DNA from: a virus
Lineage: Duplodnaviria; Caudoviricetes
DNA: 64,000 bases
Virus record (IMG/VR): IMGVR_UViG_3300035208_002115
Direction: 5' to 3' (one strand)
Shown piece after piece: positions 40,823 to 53,070 of the stretch (within the stretch, counting starts at the first letter, position 1; each line of letters begins with the position of its first letter). Made by a program: the position numbers and the translations under genes. Under the pieces are notes generated by a model. The model did not search any database. It saw only the letters and a program-made list of their open reading frames with translations, and was not told the DNA's origin.

Positions 40823-42166
40823 TTAAATGAATTTTTGACTTTTAACCTTTTCTGGTGGTAATTCACCAACCTCTTTCTTTTTATCTTTCTTAGATGTATC
40901 TTGGGATTCCTTATCTTTTAATTCTTTATCATCTAAATAAATTCGGCCAGTTGTATCTACTATATTTTTAGTATCAAAGAAATCACTAAAATTTAATAAA
41001 TTATTTTGTTGAGAAAGATATTCTTTGTTAGCTTGTAATAATATGTCCAAAATTTTATCAATCTTATCCACAAGATTATTAAAAGCTATCAAACTTTCTT
41101 CCGAGAATATACCGATTGCTTTTTTCTTCTTTTTATTGAAAGAATTTAATATTATTTTGAAAACATACTCAATCTTAGGATGAGATTTTATATTCTTCAG
41201 TGTGGTCTTATTATTTAAAAGATTATAATTTATTTTGAACTTATCTTCTCTAAAAAATGATGGAATCACAAAGTCCCATGCAATAATATCTTCCTTCATG
41301 TTTTCAATATAGTCATTAAATAATAATGATATAAAATCCACATATAACTTATCTTTTGTGATATTTGATGGATTATATTTTCGAATATCTTTTAATTGAC
41401 AGAATTCTAAAAAATTAGTCAGTATTAAAGTATAAATTTGTAAATGTTCAGTTGTATTGTCTTTAACAATTTTTTGATAAAGAGGATTTAAAATTTCAAA
41501 GGTGTAATTAGTGTCACCTTCAATTTTCATGATAATCTTTTCAAGATTTTCATTATAATTTCCATTCTTCATAAGAAATGAAGCTCTGGTGAGAGGATTT
41601 AAAATTTTATAAAAGAACTGGGCGAAATTAGTTTCACCGAATACAAACTTCAAATCTTCTTCCGATGTGGAAAGAAAAAGAGATATAACTTCTATTTGTT
41701 TCGGACTTAACGTACCTTTAAATAGAATAGGTAGTGGCTCAACATCAAATAATTTAGCGTATTCGAATATTTCATCTATATTATAAAAATATCTTGACCC
41801 CTTAACTATACAAGTTAATATCATATTATTTTTTGGTAATCTGTTGTATGTTATATGAGCTGGTTGTTTATCGGGAAAATATTCAAAACAGAACCACCAG
41901 CTTGGACTTAGTAGATTAGTAACATAGTCTGGGAGTGAGTGTAAATACAGATATGCAAAATTATAATACTTCTGTACAGCCAAATCCACAAAGTTTAAAT
42001 CTTCATTTTTAATGGACTTGGGTCGTATATTAAATTTTTCACCATTCCAGTTGACGTATATTCTACTACCTTGGACATCCTCGTAAACTATTAAGTTTTT
42101 ATTGCTAATTTTTTTAAGAAAATGATTCCTTTCCGATTCCTCGTTTAATCTTATTAACTTTGTCAT
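40823..42166 (-). CDS. RNA-ligase (Rnl2-like) fold protein lacking the catalytic lysine
   Basis: VYEDVQGSRIYV where motif I EKxDG is expected; FCFEYF; VEPLPILFKG; LEKIIMK. Confidence 0.5.
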   Translation of the reverse strand: MTKLIRLNEESERNHFLKKISNKNLIVYEDVQGSRIYVNWNGEKFNIRPKSIKNEDLNFVDLAVQKYYNFAYLYLHSLPDYVTNLLSPSWWFCFEYFPDKQPAHITYNRLPKNNMILTCIVKGSRYFYNIDEIFEYAKLFDVEPLPILFKGTLSPKQIEVISLFLSTSEEDLKFVFGETNFAQFFYKILNPLTRASFLMKNGNYNENLEKIIMKIEGDTNYTFEILNPLYQKIVKDNTTEHLQIYTLILTNFLEFCQLKDIRKYNPSNITKDKLYVDFISLLFNDYIENMKEDIIAWDFVIPSFFREDKFKINYNLLNNKTTLKNIKSHPKIEYVFKIILNSFNKKKKKAIGIFSEESLIAFNNLVDKIDKILDILLQANKEYLSQQNNLLNFSDFFDTKNIVDTTGRIYLDDKELKDKESQDTSKKDKKKEVGELPPEKVKSQKFI

Positions 42167-42282
42167 AATTAAATATTTTTGTTTTTATATTTACTTTATA
42201 TATTTAATTATTAAAGGCTCAATTTTTTTATTTAATTTTTTTAATATATTTTTGACTGTTATAATGTGGAAATTTATAGATT

Positions 42283-44242
42283 ATGATTAACAGAATCATA
42301 TTACACACTAAAGAATTTGGTAAAATTGAAGTACCTGATGGTAATTGGGCTAATATATCATTAAATGGTATAACGTTACATTCTACTAATGAACCAGCCG
42401 TTCAAGAATATTATGATAAACATGTGAGGTGTCTTTGGTATTATAATGGTAAACATCATTCTTGGTTATCACCAGCTATTTATACAGCTCATGATGATTT
42501 AGTATTGTTAGAAAGTCAACAGTTTGATGTCTATACAGATTATACTTCATATTTCTTGAATAATCAACATAAGTATACGACTGTTTATTATATGATACAT
42601 GGCGTAAATATATCATATAATGAATGGTTTAAAAAAAGAATGTGTGATTGGAGAAAAGAAAAAATAGAATCCTTTCTAAATGAAGACTATTAAATCTATA
42701 TTATTTTATATCTTATTATTTGTTATATCATTTTCATTTATAAATGTTGTAAACGTATTAATATGTATTTATTTGAATGAATATATCAAAAACGCACATG
42801 TGGTGTCTACTTTATTCATAGTTATGTACTTTGGGTGTTTTTTATTAGTTTATGGGCCAACGTACAAATCTTTATATTATAATTCTGGTGAAATAAATAA
42901 AGAAATGTTAATGCTTATACGTAGAAACTTTTTTTCATTTGATTATACCATAGATGTTATTGATAAGGAAGATGCTTCGAATATTATACAAAAGGTGTTA
43001 CGTAATAAAAAGTATATAAAAATAGAAACGTCCAATAAACGTCATATTAATTGTATTTATTTCATATATAAGATGAAAAAAATGCCATATCTCTTAAAAA
43101 ATGAAGATTTCATTAATATTTTGAGAATAATAAGAAGTGATGTTATCTTAGAAAAGTATTTTATATCTGACCTTCGTGCAGAGAAACTTAAAAAATTATT
43201 TGATGAGCAAGTTTTATAACATATTGTCATTTATTGGAAATATTATCATATATATAATATTAACTCAGATAAGTAATGTAATAAGTAAAGATATTTCACA
43301 TAGTTTAGTTGAAAATAGTAACTGGGGACTGGTTTTATATATTATTATTAATTTAACAATATTATTTTTTTTAGCTATTTTTCTATTTAACATTTATGAT
43401 AAAAATATAAGATATGAACTCGGTGTCGGTAAGGTAGACCTTCTTATAAATTTAAGAAAACAACCATTATCACCGAAAGTTGAAATAACAATTAGAGGTA
43501 ATATAAATCAATCTTTATTTAATAATCCAACTATTAATCTTTCTTCATTTGAATTACGAACAAGAAAAGTATTTATTAATTCATTTGTTTTTGTCTATAA
43601 GATGAAAAAATTACCTATTTTTATAGGTAAGAAGGATTTTGTTAAGTTGCTTATCATAGCAAATGAGGATGAATTGTTAAAAAAATATTTTCCAATAGAA
43701 TTACGAAAAGAGAAAATAAAGAATATTTTATGATTAAATATTTTTGGTATAGGATAATTTTCACTCCCGCCACATTTGTATTTTTTCACGTTTTGGTTAG
43801 TGGTTTGGTATTTGGTATAGGTTTTAGAAATATTTCAACAATCGGATTTATAATAATATTATGCCTGTTTATTATCTGGTCATTGTGTGTTATAAAACCA
43901 ATTAGAAAGAAAATATTTTATTTATTTTTTCAGAACTTTCATATCAATCATATGATTGGCGAAATGAAGACCAGATATAATAAGATTGTGATTAACAAAT
44001 TTCCAAACACTTTAGATTTAATAGTTGATATACAAACTAACGTCTATCAAGGGAGTGAATGTAAAAAATTTGATTATTTAAAATATTCAAAAGATATTGA
44101 TAAAATATGGAAATCAAAAAATAAAGAACGAGACATTCTCTTATTCGTTCAAAAATTAGATATGACAAAAGCCTTGAACCAAGAAGTTATAGATAAAATT
44201 AATATTTATAATCGAAAAGAAAAAATAAAAAGTATTCTATAA
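42283..44242 (+). CDS. Four early hypothetical proteins (42283-42693; membrane paralogues 42680-43219, ~43203-43733, 43730-44242), all with C-terminal RxEK[IL] tag
   Basis: Ends WRKEKIESFL, LRAEKLKKLF, LRKEKIKNIL, NRKEKIKSIL; shared FxYKMKKxP in two. Confidence 0.65.
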
Positions 44243-44290
44243 TTTTTAAATTAATTTAAATCAATTATTTTTGCTTAAAATCTATATACT

Positions 44291-45541
44291 ATGATAAAAT
44301 CAGCAATCGATAACGACCTTTACAAATTCACAATGATGTATGCAATTCTGGTGAATCCAGAACTGATGAATTTGAGAGTTAGGTATGGTTTTTTCAACCG
44401 AAATGATATACAATTCCCAGATGGATTTGATAAAATTTTACAAGGTGAAGTGAATAGAATGGGTTCTTTGCGATTAACTCGTCAAGAAAAACGTTTTATT
44501 ATTAAAAAATTATATTTTTTACCACTTTGGTTTTTCGATTTTCTTGAAGGATATCAATTTGACCCCTCGGAAGTTATTATCAAACAGGAAGGTGGTAATC
44601 TAATGATTGACATCGATGGAAGTTGGTTTCATACAATTCCTTGGGAAGTGCCTCTATTAGCATTAGTATCTGAATTATACCATGAAGTCAATACTGATTA
44701 TGACTTTGATTCACCTGAAAACAGAAAGAAACGTCTGGAAAATAATCGTTGGAAAGCAGACCTGATGGTTAAACATGGTCTTTCAGTTTCTGAGTTCGGT
44801 ACACGCAGACGTTTTTCATTCGATAATCAAAACGAAGTTATTGAAGATTTAAAAAAATATGCAACATCTTCACTTACAGGTACAAGTAATATGTATTTGG
44901 GTTACATTCATGACCTTCCAATACATGGAACAAATGCTCATGAATGGTATATGATTCACGCAGCTTTGTACGGTTATATAATGGCTAACAAGAAAGCTAT
45001 TGATAATTGGATGTGGGCATTCCGAGGAAGTCTTGGTACAGCATTACCCGATACATTCACTACTGATGTTTTTCTCAGAACTTTCGATTTACAGTCTGCT
45101 AAGTTGTATGACAGCACCAGACAAGATAGCGGTGACCCATATAAATTCACGGATAAAATAGTTAATCATTATAATGATTTAAGGATTGACACTGCCTCTA
45201 AAGGTATTATTTATAGTGATGGTATTAATATACCATATGCTATTAAACTAAAAGAATACGCTAAAAATAAAAATATAAAAGATGCCGATGGTATTGGCAC
45301 AGACTTAACCTGTAATTTAGAAGGTGTCAAACCTTTAAATATTGTGATAAAAGTTACACAGGTATATTATCAAGACCATTGGATTGATTGTGTTAAATTA
45401 TCTGATAATATGGGTAAACATACTGGTAAAGCCGAAGAAATTAAAAGATGTAAAGATACCCTCAATATCGGAGATGTAACATATGATAAACAACCATCTG
45501 GTAATGAAGGTGATGTTGCACACGTTAATCTTATAAAATAA
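44291..45541 (+). CDS. pncB: Nicotinate phosphoribosyltransferase
   Basis: NDLYKFTM, EFGTRRRFS, GTSN, GTNAHEW, RQDSGDP, YSDG, GIGT, KLSDNMGKHTG; TATTTTTG promoter at 44266-44273. Confidence 0.95.
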   Translation: MIKSAIDNDLYKFTMMYAILVNPELMNLRVRYGFFNRNDIQFPDGFDKILQGEVNRMGSLRLTRQEKRFIIKKLYFLPLWFFDFLEGYQFDPSEVIIKQEGGNLMIDIDGSWFHTIPWEVPLLALVSELYHEVNTDYDFDSPENRKKRLENNRWKADLMVKHGLSVSEFGTRRRFSFDNQNEVIEDLKKYATSSLTGTSNMYLGYIHDLPIHGTNAHEWYMIHAALYGYIMANKKAIDNWMWAFRGSLGTALPDTFTTDVFLRTFDLQSAKLYDSTRQDSGDPYKFTDKIVNHYNDLRIDTASKGIIYSDGINIPYAIKLKEYAKNKNIKDADGIGTDLTCNLEGVKPLNIVIKVTQVYYQDHWIDCVKLSDNMGKHTGKAEEIKRCKDTLNIGDVTYDKQPSGNEGDVAHVNLIK

Positions 45542-46752
45542 TGGGGAATATTTATGTGTTTGCAAAATTATCAATAGATAATAAATCTTATACTGGTGCA
45601 GCTATCGGTTATTCTAATGACTTAGGACTAACAGAAAGAAATGCAATAAAAAATTTGTTAAGTAAAATGAGAAGAAAGGGAGATAATATATGACAGACAG
45701 GATAAAAGGTTTCGTGGTAACTTTGGATAAAGATATCCGAATTGATGATGTTCAACCAATAATGGATGCCATCAAAATGATAAAGGGTGTGATTGATGTA
45801 TCTCCCAGTGTTGCCGATTCAGACGACCACATGAATCGTGAACGTGTTGCACATGAGTTTCGCTCTAAATTCTGGAATTTTATGAATAATGAATTAAAAT
45901 AATGAATCCAGAAACAAGATATCTAATTTTCGAGAATGGTATTTATTTCGGGTATCCACTTTGTTGTATAAAAGAATTTATAAAAGATATTGAAGAAGGT
46001 GGTGAAGCACCATCTAAAAGAGTTAGAAACATTAAAGGAATTGATGGTTCTTTTTGCCCTTGTAGAAAACACACACAGGAAATAGAAGAAGGTAAGATAA
46101 CGCAAGAAGATTTAATTGATGGTAGAGTTTGTCCACATCCATTTCCGATAAGAAACGAAAATGATATTATTGAATCAAAATAATTCATGAAAGAAAATAA
46201 AAAATATATTTTTGAAGTCGATTTTTCTAATATATTTCCTATATTCCACACTTTCAGACTTATCTATGATATTAAAAATTTTTTAAAATTTTGTCATTTT
46301 TTAATATGTTATAAAAATACACCAGTTAAAGGGTTTGAGGGACGGTGCATAAATTGTGCTATTAAGGATACATATTGTGGTAAATTGGATATAGTAAGAT
46401 GTCCAAATAGGTTTGACCGTCATTATGAATTAAGATACTTATTTAAATGGATAAAAAAATTATCATAAAAAATTATATATTGTATTTATCTGAAATATCT
46501 GAATTTTTATCAATCGATAATAAAAAGAAGGTGGCAGATAAAATTAATACTATAAATAATAGTGACTGGACTGTTGAAAAATTGGGTAAACATGATACAT
46601 TAGTACCAATTAGACTTCAGCTTTTTTTGCTTTATCAAGAAATGGAAGTTATGTTTACAATAGAAAATATTAATGAAAAAATAATATGGTTGAAAGATTA
46701 TGAAATTCAATATATTAGAAAATTAAAAATTAATGATATTTTATCAGAGTGA
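45541..46752 (+). CDS. Five small hypothetical proteins (45541-45693, 45690-45902, 45902-46183, 46187-46468, 46447-46752)
   Basis: Overlapping starts/stops; GYPLCCI..FCPC..H in 45902; 46447 ends YIRKLKINDIL. Confidence 0.55.
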
Positions 46753-46774
46753 TAAAGAATATATATTTGTAATT

Positions 46775-46980
46775 AATTAAACACAGAGGAATCATCGCTC
46801 TACGGAGAGGAAATTCTGGACACATGGGGAGAACGCAGAAGGACTAATAAACCGCTATACTGCATAAGAGTGTGCAACGAAAATTGAACTTGGGTCTTGT
46901 TTCCCACCTATAAGTTCTGGTTTCGGCCTTTAGACAAATGATGATATAAAACGGAATCCAGATTACGCTCATGTTTAATT
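46775..46980 (+). ncRNA. rnpB: Minimal RNase P RNA (rnpB-like)
   Basis: P4 halves GAGGAAATTCTGGAC (46807) and ACGGAATCCAGATTA (46951); P1 AATTAAACA/TGTTTAATT; P2 ATCATC/AAATGATGAT; P3 CTC-TACG-GAG; P5, P6, P15/16 pairings; TATATTTG promoter at 46762. Confidence 0.85.
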
Positions 46981-47039
46981 CTAATTTTTTTTATATTTAA
47001 AATGTTTTTATTTTTGTATAATAAACATTTTTAATCATT

Positions 47040-47785
47040 ATGAATGATAATTTTTTAAAGGCACTTGTAAATATTATCAATACTATGGTTGATATGCGGT
47101 CTCATTTATCTAAACCAGAAATAGTTGGTATGTTTTATAAAGACACCAAAGATATTGTCATATATGATGAATTCATGAAAGAATCTAATCTCATTGTAAA
47201 CCATCTGATGAATATCAAATTGGATATTGAGCTAAATCCACATATGAATGATATGATAAATAATCTTTTATTTTCTAATCAGATTTTAATGGTCAAACCT
47301 GATATAATTATACACATTAATGACAGTTTAAAAAGAGACAATAATAAGGAAAAATGGTTGTCTTTTTTCAGATTGATATTAAGTAATAAAAGAACACCAA
47401 ATAAACAAAAAGAATGACAATAGAAATAGGTAATAAAAGTTTTTCGGATTTAACAGCCGATGATATCAAACAAATTATTTTGATAGAAGGTTGTTCGCCA
47501 GTCCCTGAACATTGGAGCGAACCTGTCATAATGGATTTCAACAACACTATGTTCAGTGATACTGTTGTTGCTGATTTTGTGAGTTATAGAAAATCCGATA
47601 ATATGAAAAGTTGCGAATATACCTTTTTCTTCAATTTTAAGGATTTTCATATTCATTACGTGAGGGATTTGTATGTGAGAGATTTGGAAAAAAACAACCC
47701 AGTCTATCGACCGAAGGGGAAGTCCATAAAGTTGGAGACCCTTAAATATCTGATTAAACAAGGCTTTGATGTACCTATTTATTGA
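47040..47785 (+). CDS. Two hypothetical proteins (47040-47417, 47414-47785)
   Basis: ORF track; promoter TATTTTTG 47009-47016. Confidence 0.55.
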
Positions 47786-47807
47786 TTTAAAAATCAAAAA
47801 ATACAAT

Positions 47808-48761
47808 ATGAAAATACAAAGTTTATCAATTCACGTACCAACTGGTAAATGTTTTAATAATTGTAAACCATGTGTGTCTCAAATGCACGATTCCCCATAT
47901 CTAAATAGAATTGGTAATGCAATAGACGATGACATCGATTTCACATCAGCTACCAGACGTGCAAAAGAAGAATATATCAGAAGGTTACAATTTGCTAAAG
48001 ATAACGGAGTAAATACCATTATTTTAACTGGCATTGGTGAAGCTATCCAGAATAAAAAATTCCTAAAATGGCTTGGTGAAGTTATGAAACAAATAGGTTT
48101 CCATTGGATTGAACTCCAGACAGCAGGGAATCTTTTATTGTATAAAGAAAAGTCAGATGTAAAAACTGGTGATGATTTTGATTTTTATAGCAATATTGCG
48201 TTTATGAGAGCCATCGGTGTTTCAACCGTGTCATTATCATTGTTTGATATGTTTTCTTCTGATATTAATGCTGAAATAACCGAAATGCCAAAAGCACATC
48301 GTTTTGAAATTGATGAGCTATGCCACAAAATAAAACAGTTTAATTTAAACCTTCGACTTTCTTTGAATATATATCGTGGATATAAAGACCATAGTATATC
48401 TGAAATCTTCGAACGAGCAAATGAATTAGAAGCTGACCAGATTACTTTTCGTAAGTTATACGAATCCGATGATAAATCTCTAAAACAAAATCAATGGATA
48501 CGTTTACAAAATACTGATGGTTTCTTAGACCGTTTCTTTGATGATTTAAATGCTTATATTAAAGAGAATGGTGTATTCTTAGGTAAACTACCATTCGGGG
48601 GGATGAAGTACTCTGTAAATGATATATCTGTGGTTATTGATGATAATTGTATGGATAACGCTGAAGAACGTGTTGACCTTGATGTTTATAAATACCTAAT
48701 ACTACGCCCTAATTGTAAACTTTATTCCGATTGGACATACAAAGCCAGTTTAATATTTTGA
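47808..48761 (+). CDS. Radical SAM enzyme
   Basis: CFNNCKPC (CxxxCxxC), ILTGIGEA, ELQTAG, YLILRPNCKLYSDW; probable start ATG 47808. Confidence 0.85.
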   Translation: MKIQSLSIHVPTGKCFNNCKPCVSQMHDSPYLNRIGNAIDDDIDFTSATRRAKEEYIRRLQFAKDNGVNTIILTGIGEAIQNKKFLKWLGEVMKQIGFHWIELQTAGNLLLYKEKSDVKTGDDFDFYSNIAFMRAIGVSTVSLSLFDMFSSDINAEITEMPKAHRFEIDELCHKIKQFNLNLRLSLNIYRGYKDHSISEIFERANELEADQITFRKLYESDDKSLKQNQWIRLQNTDGFLDRFFDDLNAYIKENGVFLGKLPFGGMKYSVNDISVVIDDNCMDNAEERVDLDVYKYLILRPNCKLYSDWTYKASLIF

Positions 48762-48966
48762 GTTATGATATTACGAGAATATAATATGCCAAACCCCATG
48801 TGGTTGTGTAACGAGCTTGAATGTGAGAAAAGCGGTGTGAAACTCCAAAAACTAACTAAAACTTTAGGTAAGCCTGATGTTATTTACAATATAATTGATG
48901 GTGAAAATTCATATAACATCATGGAAGACGTATTTGAAATTGTAAAAAAATTATTAAAATAATATT

Positions 48967-49578
48967 ATGAAAACATTTATTCTTAAACTAAAATTATTTT
49001 TCCTTCTTACTATTGTTATTTTTTTTAAAAAAATAAATCGTTCTTATAATAAAAATTTTCAAGTGACTGCACTTGAAGATGGTAAGAAGTATTGGATTTC
49101 AAGAAGCGTAGCTGTTGACGCTATGATTTTTATTTATAACCGTCTCGACAGAAAATATTATGTTTTGATGGTTAAACGTGGTAAGGGAGTTAGTTATAGT
49201 GGTTATTATTCGTTGCCGTGTGGTTTCATGGATTTTAATGAGAATGGGTTGCAAGCATTGATGAGAGAACTCTGGGAAGAAACCAATCTAAAATTAGCAG
49301 ACTTACTGAAATTCGAAATCTCAGCTAAGTATATTGATATTCCATATTTCGTAAACACCGAACCATTAAAAATTGATAATCAAAATGTGTCATTATATTA
49401 TGGTTTGGTTTTGGTTGTAAATTCATTACCATCAGTGTCAAATATTAATTGTGAACCAAATGAAATAGATGAAGTAAAATGGGTCGAGATATTTGAAGAA
49501 CTTCCAAAGCTGAGTAAGATTGCTTTTAATCACGAAAGACGTGTTGAAGACTTTTGTAAATTAAATAACATTGGGTGA
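48967..49578 (+). CDS. Nudix hydrolase (ADP-ribose pyrophosphatase-like)
   Basis: SVAVD...LPCGFMDFNENGLQALMRELWEETNL...IAFNH. Confidence 0.85.
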   Translation: MKTFILKLKLFFLLTIVIFFKKINRSYNKNFQVTALEDGKKYWISRSVAVDAMIFIYNRLDRKYYVLMVKRGKGVSYSGYYSLPCGFMDFNENGLQALMRELWEETNLKLADLLKFEISAKYIDIPYFVNTEPLKIDNQNVSLYYGLVLVVNSLPSVSNINCEPNEIDEVKWVEIFEELPKLSKIAFNHERRVEDFCKLNNIG

Positions 49579-52187
49579 ATAAAAAAATTGAAATATTAAG
49601 TTTAAATAATGACGATGAAGTCGTTTTTTTAAGATATTTGAATGAAAGATATTTCAAATTCTCTATTGGTGATAGATTTATGTATATACCATCATCTAAT
49701 GAGTTGTTAATTAACTTAATGAAAGATACAATTAATTTTAACGAAATCGGTTTTGTGAATCATTCTTTAGTTTTATTAAACGGTAAGTTGAATATTATAA
49801 AATACGGTAATAAAATAAAAACAATTCTTTCTGAACATGAGGGAAGACTTCTTGATATCAATTTTCCAAATATATTAGTAGTTAAGATTGACGATATACA
49901 AGGTGGTTTAAAATCATTTGATAGGTCATATGTGACGTTATCCAACTTTAATATGATACATTTTTATAGTGATGAATTTTTTTATATTCAGAACATTGTA
50001 TTTAATTTGATGAATAAGTACGATGAATTCATTAGGAAATCTTTATTAATGAATAATTTTGATTTATTTTTAGCTGAAATTAATAAAAAGGGCGATGATA
50101 GAGATAGAATAAACGATATATTAAATAGTGATAAATACGCACCCCTGATTAGGCAATATAAATTGAAAAGTCTTGGTTTTGATGAGTAAAGAAAAATTTA
50201 TAGTAGAAAAATTTCAGGTTAATGAAGATTGCCAATTAATTGTAGATGATAATGGCGAAATCACTATCTGTAATACTTCTAAAACTCTATATTTATTGAA
50301 CGGTGCATTAATTTTTATGAATGCTACTTATAATAGTGTTTGGTTGCCTGATGATTTATATGAGGATAAATCATTTGAATTGATTTCAAAATATGCCTCA
50401 GTTCGTAAAGAGTATAAAGATGAAATGATAAAAAATAATAAAAGAGTCCAGACTAATTATATTAATAATGATGATAATAAGATATTATTTTATTTGTTTA
50501 ATTGGTATACCAATGATGGTAGATTGTTATCAGTAAAAGAAAATATTAATTTGGAGAATATGTATCTAAGGAGATTGAAAATAAAAAGTATATTATAATG
50601 GATGCTCATACAATAAAACATATTGTTAAGTACGAAGTGATAAAGGATGTATATTTGGACACTTATACTGGTTTAATTGAACTGAAAAAAAACGTTATAT
50701 GTTTTATTTTAAATGATATATTATTTATAGAACAACACTACATAGCATGTATCGTGGATGATACAGAATTAAATAACGGGCGTTTATCTGAATATTTTAA
50801 AAAAATAAAAACTTTTGATGATGTTAAAGTTGAGATAACTAAGATAACCGTAAATAAGAATATTCGGGTAGGACATATATATCTTGATAAATATGGTAAA
50901 CATATTACGGAATATAGTAAATGGTATAAAGACCAATATTATTTAGAAGATTTAGTGGAAATGACTATTGGTGAAATACTATTAGATGACGACCATTATT
51001 GTGATTATTTGGAAACCACAAGATTGGAACGTTACCACATTCGCAAAATGAAATTAAAAGAAATTATTACAGGTGAGTAGATTACTATATCATAAGGTAT
51101 TGGAACATGAAGATAAAGTCGTATTTTTACCATTCCCAAATACGAAAGTATATCAAAAAAAATTTTATACCTTATATTTCAATAAAAATTTTATTTTAGT
51201 TAATCCTAAGAGTATTTATTTTAATCTTGTGAGTGACATCATTCGTAGTACTAAAAATAAACTTTTCAGTGGGGGTTATAAGTTTTATTCATTGGTTATT
51301 CTAAACGATGAACTTTGTTATATAAATTATGGCACTGTTATTAATAATATCATTGAACAGTGGAAAGATAAAGTATTAGATGATACTAATCCAGCCACAT
51401 TGTATATAGTCAAAATAAATAAATATGGATTTCCAGATTTTTCTAAATCTCATATCATAGATAAAACAATATGTATCCAAGAGTATTTAAATGAATATAA
51501 TGTACATAGTCATATGAATAATGTGGTGGATGAGTTAAATTCACTTATTAATATTAATATTATTGATAATACTTTTGAAAATTTTTACAATTGTTTGTTG
51601 AATTTAAACGATGGTGATATAAATAGAGTTATTAACAGTTTAAATTATGTGTCACTCATTAGAAGATATAAATTGAACAAACTCGGTTTTAATGATTAAA
51701 TTATTTTAAAATGAAAAGTATTCATGATGTATGTAATATTACTAAGTTAAAAGCGACTAAAGATATATCATTACCCCATCGCTTTTTTTATAATATTACA
51801 ATAAATACGGGTACTAATGTTGTATTATTAAATAACGTTTTATTTTCAAAAACATTTTATTTTCCGATATTTGAGAATTCGGCTTTTCAAGAAGACTTAA
51901 TAAATAGTTCATTTGAAATAATTGAAAAATTTAATAATATACATGCAATAGCCACTAAGATTGCATACGATAAATACGTTCGTGTTAATCATTGTTATTA
52001 CACAAATGATAATTTATTAATCACAAATTTTAGTAAATGGCATTTTATTGAACAATTAAATAATATAGACGAAAATTCAATTCAAAACAATCTAATAGGC
52101 TTTTTTGATGATTTAAATATCTATGAACAAGTTGAATTAGAAACAAATTACATAAGAAAATTAAAAATAGAAGAAATATTATCATAA
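49575..52187 (+). CDS. Five hypothetical proteins in two interleaved paralogue families (49575 and 51073; 50173, 50598, 51711) with C-terminal RxxK[IL] tag
   Basis: LIRxYKLxxLGFxD ends; YxRxxK[IL]xxI ends; shared RVxxxY and W. Confidence 0.65.
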
Positions 52188-52235
52188 TTTTTTTATATTA
52201 ATTAAATAAATTATTTTTGGATAATATTTTTATTT

Positions 52236-52655
52236 ATGGATAAATTAAAAGTCATCTTAATTATTGGTCTACCTTGTTCTGGTAAAACAATGTTTGCAAA
52301 AAGGTTATTGGAAAAGAATAAAGGCTGGACGCTAATTGATGACCCTAAATATTTTAAAAAAGTAGAAGATGTAATCTGGACTGCTACTGAACCAGTTATT
52401 ATATCTGACCCTAATTTTTGTTTAAAAGAAATTAGATTATCAGCTATTCGGAAACTTAAAGATATAAGAAATGTTGATATAGACTTTGTTTATTTTGAGA
52501 ATAATCCTCAGAAATGTTTACGAAATTTCAGATGTAGAGAGCTGAGTGGAGATGATAGAAATGTTTTAAATACAATATTATTATACTCAAAAAAATATAC
52601 TATTCCTGAAGGAATGGAAATAATGTATATTTGGCAAGATGACAAACGAGGATAA
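52236..52655 (+). CDS. Small P-loop kinase (AAA_33/PNK-kinase-like)
   Basis: ILIIGLPCSGKT; CLRN..R lid. Confidence 0.7.
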   Translation: MDKLKVILIIGLPCSGKTMFAKRLLEKNKGWTLIDDPKYFKKVEDVIWTATEPVIISDPNFCLKEIRLSAIRKLKDIRNVDIDFVYFENNPQKCLRNFRCRELSGDDRNVLNTILLYSKKYTIPEGMEIMYIWQDDKRG

Positions 52656-53070
52656 AATATATAAAAAATTTTTAGATTTATTGACTAAGAATAAAATCTA
52701 TTACAGTATTGATTCTGATTTATTGCCAGATATCGAAACAGTTGTTGATGAATATATCACAGGTGGTGTTGGTGGTAATACCTGTTGGGAAACTGAACAA
52801 TATACAATATACGGTGAATCACCATCATATGAAAATATTTATAGAGTATTTACTTTATTTTTTGGTCAGTCTGATGAAACTTATAATAAGATATTGGAGA
52901 ATAAAATGAATTTTATAGGTGAATATGAAGTAAAGGATACTCCAGATTATTATGGAAATTATATTGATAAATGTTATTTATTTTTAAATTTGAAGGAATT
53001 TTTTAAAATAATACCTGCACATATATTACGTAAATTAAAAATAGAAGATGTTTTTGAAAACGAAATTTAA
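52639..53070 (+). CDS. Hypothetical protein with C-terminal RxxKI tag
   Basis: TGGVGGNTCW, DYYGN; ends LRKLKIEDVF. Confidence 0.6.
   Translation: MTNEDKIYKKFLDLLTKNKIYYSIDSDLLPDIETVVDEYITGGVGGNTCWETEQYTIYGESPSYENIYRVFTLFFGQSDETYNKILENKMNFIGEYEVKDTPDYYGNYIDKCYLFLNLKEFFKIIPAHILRKLKIEDVFENEI

Noticed and set aside
44291-45541. Nampt (NARP2-type) assignment
   Set aside because: Motifs (DLYKFTM, EFGTRRR, GTxAHEW, RQDSGDP, KLSD..GK) fit PncB, and the presence of PncA and NadE fits the deamidated route.
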